NCBI GenBank assembly: GCA_023128415.1
Contig: JAGMEA010000019.1
Span: forward strand, 1-61,219
Length of the DNA stretch: 61,219 nucleotides
Source: Candidatus Babeliales bacterium
GTDB taxonomy: Bacteria > Babelota > Babeliae > Babelales > UBA12411
Reading direction: 5' to 3'
Under the pieces are notes generated by a model. The model was not told the origin of the DNA. It saw nothing but the letters and a program-made list of their open reading frames with translations, and did not search any database. The position numbers and the translations under genes are program-made. Shown here piece by piece: positions 57,194 through 61,219 of the stretch. Numbering within the stretch: the stretch's first letter is position 1; each line of letters begins with the position of its first letter.

Positions 57194-58379
57194 CTCCAAC
57201 AACCTGATATAGTTTTTCTTCTACTACTGGAGGACGTGTTTTAAGTCTCTCCAATAGAGAACTCAACCTTCTCCTTTGCTCTGGAGTTAAAACTGAAACA
57301 TCTGCAACAACGCCACCATTAAACTCCTTAATAAGGGGATTTTCTCTTTTAGAAACATCCTCAACAAAAGATGTACTTTCTTCTGCTACAGTAGGTCCAC
57401 TGTTATCTTCTCCCTCACTACCTGACCCTTCAACTGTTTCAGACGGCTCGCTTGGTGGCTCTCCAACATTTTTATCATCCTGGTCCGCACCACCAGAAGA
57501 AGCTGAACTTACGGAACTCTTATCAGTCTCTAAAGAATTTGATTTTGAACTGAACATTTTCTTTAACGACTCAAAATCTTTGTTCTGTAATGCTATTTTT
57601 ATCTTATCAAGCTGATCTACTAAGGACGAGTAATATTCGCCACCCATATATTTTTGATCATATAGATATAAAAGATAAACAGTTGTAACAGCCGTAAGAC
57701 CTAAGGCGGTAAATTTCAAAAGCTTAGAACCTTTTTTCTTTTTTCTTGCAACAGAAAAAGAACCCTCTCTCAAATCAGAATCTTGAACAACTCCACCGTA
57801 GCTACTCTGACCGCTCCGTGACTTGTCATCATATATTGGCTTTTCATCTTCGACATCTACCCTTGGTTCTTCTGTTTTTTCTTCAAGTTGAGGGGTTATT
57901 TCAACCGGCTCTATAATCTCTTCCTCTTCTAACTTTTCTTCATTTTCTTCAAGCTCATTTAAAAGGGAATCTATATCGACAGAAGAGTTTACAACTCCAC
58001 CTTCTTCTTTAATTTTCTTTTTGAGCCTTTCAACAATGTTATCCTCAACATCTAGACTAGAAAAAATAGACAGCATTTTTTCTGCAGATTCCCGACCTAC
58101 CTTTTCATGCATTTTTTCCATTAGTGCCCGGCTAACAGCTGCCTGTAAAATATTTCGTTCAATTCCTGATTCTTGGGCTTTAATAAGGGCCCAGAGAAAT
58201 TTTTCAACGCTATTTTCTGTAATAGCGGTACCCAACTCTCTTTTTAAACTTTCTTCCGTTCTAAGAAACTTGAGAACATAAACGTTTGAATCTGGCTGTT
58301 CTGGAAAAATATATGATTTAGAAAAAATTGAAACTACCAGGGAAACCTGTAATAAAATAGGAAAAAGCTTTTTCGTCAT
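57183..58379 (-). CDS. acidic secreted/membrane protein, unknown function
   Basis: Signal peptide after MTKKLF (GAGGG lies 7 nt upstream), E/S-rich regions, one internal TM helix (KFTALGLTAVTTVYLLYLY). Confidence 0.45.
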   Translation of the reverse strand: MTKKLFPILLQVSLVVSIFSKSYIFPEQPDSNVYVLKFLRTEESLKRELGTAITENSVEKFLWALIKAQESGIERNILQAAVSRALMEKMHEKVGRESAEKMLSIFSSLDVEDNIVERLKKKIKEEGGVVNSSVDIDSLLNELEENEEKLEEEEIIEPVEITPQLEEKTEEPRVDVEDEKPIYDDKSRSGQSSYGGVVQDSDLREGSFSVARKKKKGSKLLKFTALGLTAVTTVYLLYLYDQKYMGGEYYSSLVDQLDKIKIALQNKDFESLKKMFSSKSNSLETDKSSVSSASSGGADQDDKNVGEPPSEPSETVEGSGSEGEDNSGPTVAEESTSFVEDVSKRENPLIKEFNGGVVADVSVLTPEQRRRLSSLLERLKTRPPVVEEKLYQVVGATY

Positions 58380-58600
58380 TAACATACCCTCGATGCAAGT
58401 CAAACAAACTCTAAGCAAGCCACAACTTACACTCAAAGAATATCCCTGTCAACACAAAATAAGTCGACCCTTAAAAGCTCCTTTAAAAAGACAATCTATA
58501 ATTCTAAATAAGCTATGAATTCAAACATTGAATACCAGAATTTAAACAAAAAAAGAAGGTGCCGAAACACCTTCTTAAAGTCTATTTAGTATACTTTTAA

Positions 58601-59218
58601 TTAAGCATCAAGACCCATAAATTGATCTTTAAGCTCTACTGCATTAACAGCAGAAGCAGCTTCAACAGCAGAAGCAGCTTTAACAACTTCACCAGAAGTT
58701 CTACTTAACCAAACTGGCTTACTAGGCAAAGCTGGCATATGTAACCAAGCTGGCTTACTTAACCAAGCTGGCTTACTAGGCAAAGCTGGCATATGTAACC
58801 AAGCTGGCTTACTAGGCAAAGCTGAACTACCTAATTCACCAAATGTTTTACCTGTGTAAACTTTAGCTCCAACCACTAAAGCACCCGCTCCAGCAACTAT
58901 TCCCACTGGAATAAGGATAGCTTTTTTGTGATCCGCAGACCAAGCCCAAACAGCTTTACCACCATTGGCTAATCTGTTTCTCAAACCTTCAGCAACTGAT
59001 GCCTGAGCAACAACTGGTGCCTGAGCAACAACAGCAGCTTCGTCAACAACTGGTGCCTGAGCAACAACTGGTGTCTGAACAGCAACTGGTCCACGTGCTT
59101 CAGCTATTTGTCTTGCTATAACCGACTCAGCATTTTCTGGATAACCAGCTATTAATGCACTACCTGTTACAGAAAAAACCACAGCTACCAAAGCAACTTT
59201 AAGAATGTTCTTATTCAT
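58601..59218 (-). CDS. repeat-containing membrane/surface protein
   Basis: The start is at MNKNILK (GGAGG lies 5 nt upstream). It has a signal peptide, AQAPVV repeats, a TM helix, and SKPAWL(HMPALP) repeats. Confidence 0.5.
   Translation of the reverse strand: MNKNILKVALVAVVFSVTGSALIAGYPENAESVIARQIAEARGPVAVQTPVVAQAPVVDEAAVVAQAPVVAQASVAEGLRNRLANGGKAVWAWSADHKKAILIPVGIVAGAGALVVGAKVYTGKTFGELGSSALPSKPAWLHMPALPSKPAWLSKPAWLHMPALPSKPVWLSRTSGEVVKAASAVEAASAVNAVELKDQFMGLDA
58704..58824. repeat. intragenic tandem repeat, 54-nt unit x about 2.2 (built from 18-nt subunits)
   Basis: Units 58704-58757 and 58758-58811 differ at one base. A partial third unit follows. It encodes LSKPAWLHMPALPSKPAW. Confidence 0.85.
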
Positions 59219-59457
59219 TGTAACCTCCATTAGAGTTACTAGTTATACTAACTCCAAAGCCCTACAAGGACTCTAGAAAAGGGCGATATACCCTTATTCA
59301 CGAGATTACATCCACCTATATTCCTGTCAAAAGCCCCAAACCAAAGAGACCTAAAAAAAGGGCTAAAAAAAGATATTTTTTGAAAATTTTAGAAAAAAGC
59401 AACAAAAAAGGAGGAAGTTTTACCTTCCTCCTATAAATTTAAAGCTTGATTATCAAA

Positions 59458-60933
59458 TTAGAATGATAATGAAGTTTTTCCGTATACAGACCATTGCTCT
59501 AAAGCAGTGTTTCTGTCTGCAAATTCGTAAGATCCGCCAAGACCGATCATTCCTTTAGCATCAAATACTTTACCTGTTAACCCTACACCAGCAAAAATCT
59601 TGTGTGTAAGTGCACTCTTATGAGTAGCAGAATCTAGGTTGAACTTAGTATCTGGATCTACAGCTGTTACACTGCTATCGGCTGTAGGAACAACTTGACC
59701 AACTGTAGCATCGCTATAGGTACTTGCTGTTCCACCAAAGTTGATACCAACGCTTTGATCAAATGTCTTGTCGAGGCTAATTTTTTCACTGTCTTTCCAC
59801 CATAGGTTGTAACCGGCTTCAACATTAAGAGAAGACTTTTTGTAATGCAATGCTGTGAAAAGATCTACTCTACTACGAGGTGTTATTTTAACATCTTGTG
59901 TAAAGTAGTTAATTCCTGGAACTACTCCTGCAACTAAAGCTGTTCCAACTTCATTTAATTTTCTCAATGTAAGATATCTTGTCCATGGACCATTGGTTAA
60001 GTCGAATGAACGTCTTTCAGTATCAGAGAAAAGATATCTATATTTTGCATCTAACTGTACAGAAACTTTAGCCTTTTTCCACGTAGTAAGTTCCCAGTCA
60101 AGATTTGTTCCTGCTCCAAGTCCCCAGTGTACATTACCAACTGTTGGTTCAAATACATATTCTGAAGATGGTCTTACACCTGTAGGAATTAATGCATCTA
60201 AATAAAGACCCCAGTGTTTTGCTTCATTTTTTCTCCAGAAGTTCCAACCCAATTTAATTTGAGCATCATCAAGTCCTGTATGACTCATTGATGTAGGTTT
60301 GAACTTACCGAATAACCAATCCGAATTGTTCAAAGCATTGATCATGCTTGTTTCTGCGTCATGTATGGTATCAAATGTAGCTGTTCTGGTTTCTGTTATA
60401 TCTAAAGCATGTCTTACATGAACAATAGGAAGTAAAACGCCTAACCACAAACCCTTAACCCACTTACTCATATCATGATGTGTATTTATTATAGCACCAT
60501 AAGCTTCTCTATCAGGTCTGATAGCAATTGTTGATTTATATTGACTAGAACTTGATTGGACACCGAACCAACGAGGATTGATATCTCTATCTGTTGTTGC
60601 CGTTAAACTCACACCAAGTTCAGCTACCTGAAGGGAAGTTTTATTTCCCAATAAGAAGTAACGTGCTAAATCCTGTTCATTGGTTGATCCTTCATAGAAG
60701 TATGTATTTTGCATCTTGATGATAGATCTGTCTTCTGGCTGCACATAATCTCTATCTTCACGCATGTCGTGATACAAGCAGTAGTTGTGAAGTGCTAACT
60801 CCTTTTCAGAATTTTCTGCATATGAACGTGGCATGAAGAACGTTTGTGAGGTTACATCTCCCGCCATAAGGTAAGAAGTAACCGATGAAAGAACCGCCAC
60901 AACGGTCAAAACCCTCTGCAAAGATTTCTTCAT
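59458..60933 (-). CDS. putative outer-membrane beta-barrel protein (porin / major OMP candidate)
   Basis: Signal peptide MKKSLQRVLTVVAVLSSVTSYLMA (AGGAG lies 8 nt upstream), alternating beta-strand pattern, aromatic-rich, C-terminal ...GKTSLSF ending in Phe. Confidence 0.6.
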   Translation of the reverse strand: MKKSLQRVLTVVAVLSSVTSYLMAGDVTSQTFFMPRSYAENSEKELALHNYCLYHDMREDRDYVQPEDRSIIKMQNTYFYEGSTNEQDLARYFLLGNKTSLQVAELGVSLTATTDRDINPRWFGVQSSSSQYKSTIAIRPDREAYGAIINTHHDMSKWVKGLWLGVLLPIVHVRHALDITETRTATFDTIHDAETSMINALNNSDWLFGKFKPTSMSHTGLDDAQIKLGWNFWRKNEAKHWGLYLDALIPTGVRPSSEYVFEPTVGNVHWGLGAGTNLDWELTTWKKAKVSVQLDAKYRYLFSDTERRSFDLTNGPWTRYLTLRKLNEVGTALVAGVVPGINYFTQDVKITPRSRVDLFTALHYKKSSLNVEAGYNLWWKDSEKISLDKTFDQSVGINFGGTASTYSDATVGQVVPTADSSVTAVDPDTKFNLDSATHKSALTHKIFAGVGLTGKVFDAKGMIGLGGSYEFADRNTALEQWSVYGKTSLSF

Positions 60934-61219
60934 ACTTTGCTCTCCTTTTAAATAACTCAATAAAATAACCCACAGAAATCTCTTCTGTCGTAGCAATGAT
61001 AGATTACTTTTTGCAACAATAGCAAGATTTTTTCTATTTTTTCTTCACAAAACGTACGAATTAATTGTAAATAAAGGACTTTTTAACATGTTTTTTTTTA
61101 TTAACTAAAAAATACTTTTCAAAAGATTGTCTAAACCCTAATTTACAAAAGATTAAATATGGAAGGTGAACTACCGACCACTAAGCTTGAAGCTTTAGTG
61201 GCGGCTTCCTGCTTCGCCC

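Noticed and set aside
61147-61219. RNase P RNA (rnpB) end. The minus strand GCTTAGTGGTCGGTAGTTCACC resembles the E. coli 3' end GGCUUAUCGGUCAGUUUCACC.
   Set aside because: The similar segment is consumed by a strong local hairpin instead of the long-range P4/P1 pairings. No ACAGAA or GGAAAGUCC conserved region is visible, and the orientation is ambiguous. It is reported only as an unidentified structured element.

Overview
AT-rich bacterial chromosome segment with a Gram-negative-type envelope (murA, kdsB, outer-membrane barrel candidate, complete batA-E operon). It probably comes from a host-associated or intracellular lineage, judging by ankyrin, eukaryote-like PPP phosphatase and other effector-like genes. 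No searches were run. All calls come from reading the ORF translations and the DNA. Positions 1-43 kb are mostly housekeeping: orphan atpG, murA, kdsB, tdk, radA, glmS, rpsI, a tadA-dksA fusion, gyrB carrying a 176-aa mini-intein, sufCBD, psd, the bat operon, plsC, topA, sppA, an OPT transporter, a HIT protein, frameshifted pilC, upp, and 7 tRNA genes in total across the window. A small module follows the tRNA-Arg/Ser/Ser cluster: a HEPN-like ORF and a GNAT ORF separated only by a C10 homopolymer frameshift, then a relBE-type toxin-antitoxin pair. The most unusual region is about 43.5-55.5 kb, directly 3' of tRNA-Gln. It holds 13 co-oriented minus-strand genes: AbrB-like, AAA+/DUF4143 ATPase, HAD-like, a large protein with ADP-ribosyltransferase-like motifs, two prolyl-aminopeptidase-like hydrolases, ankyrin, and small secreted or membrane proteins. 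This array is punctuated by five conserved, co-oriented 40-58 bp repeats plus one degenerate copy (core TGGCTGGAGATAGCCG-N6-TTCGAACTTTTGATTGG). The layout looks like a cassette array, but the repeats do not match canonical integron attC or dif sites and no recombinase lies in the window. A relic of the nearby APC permease gene abuts the degenerate copy. The window starts inside a degraded IS200/IS605 tnpB and ends inside an unidentified structured hairpin.
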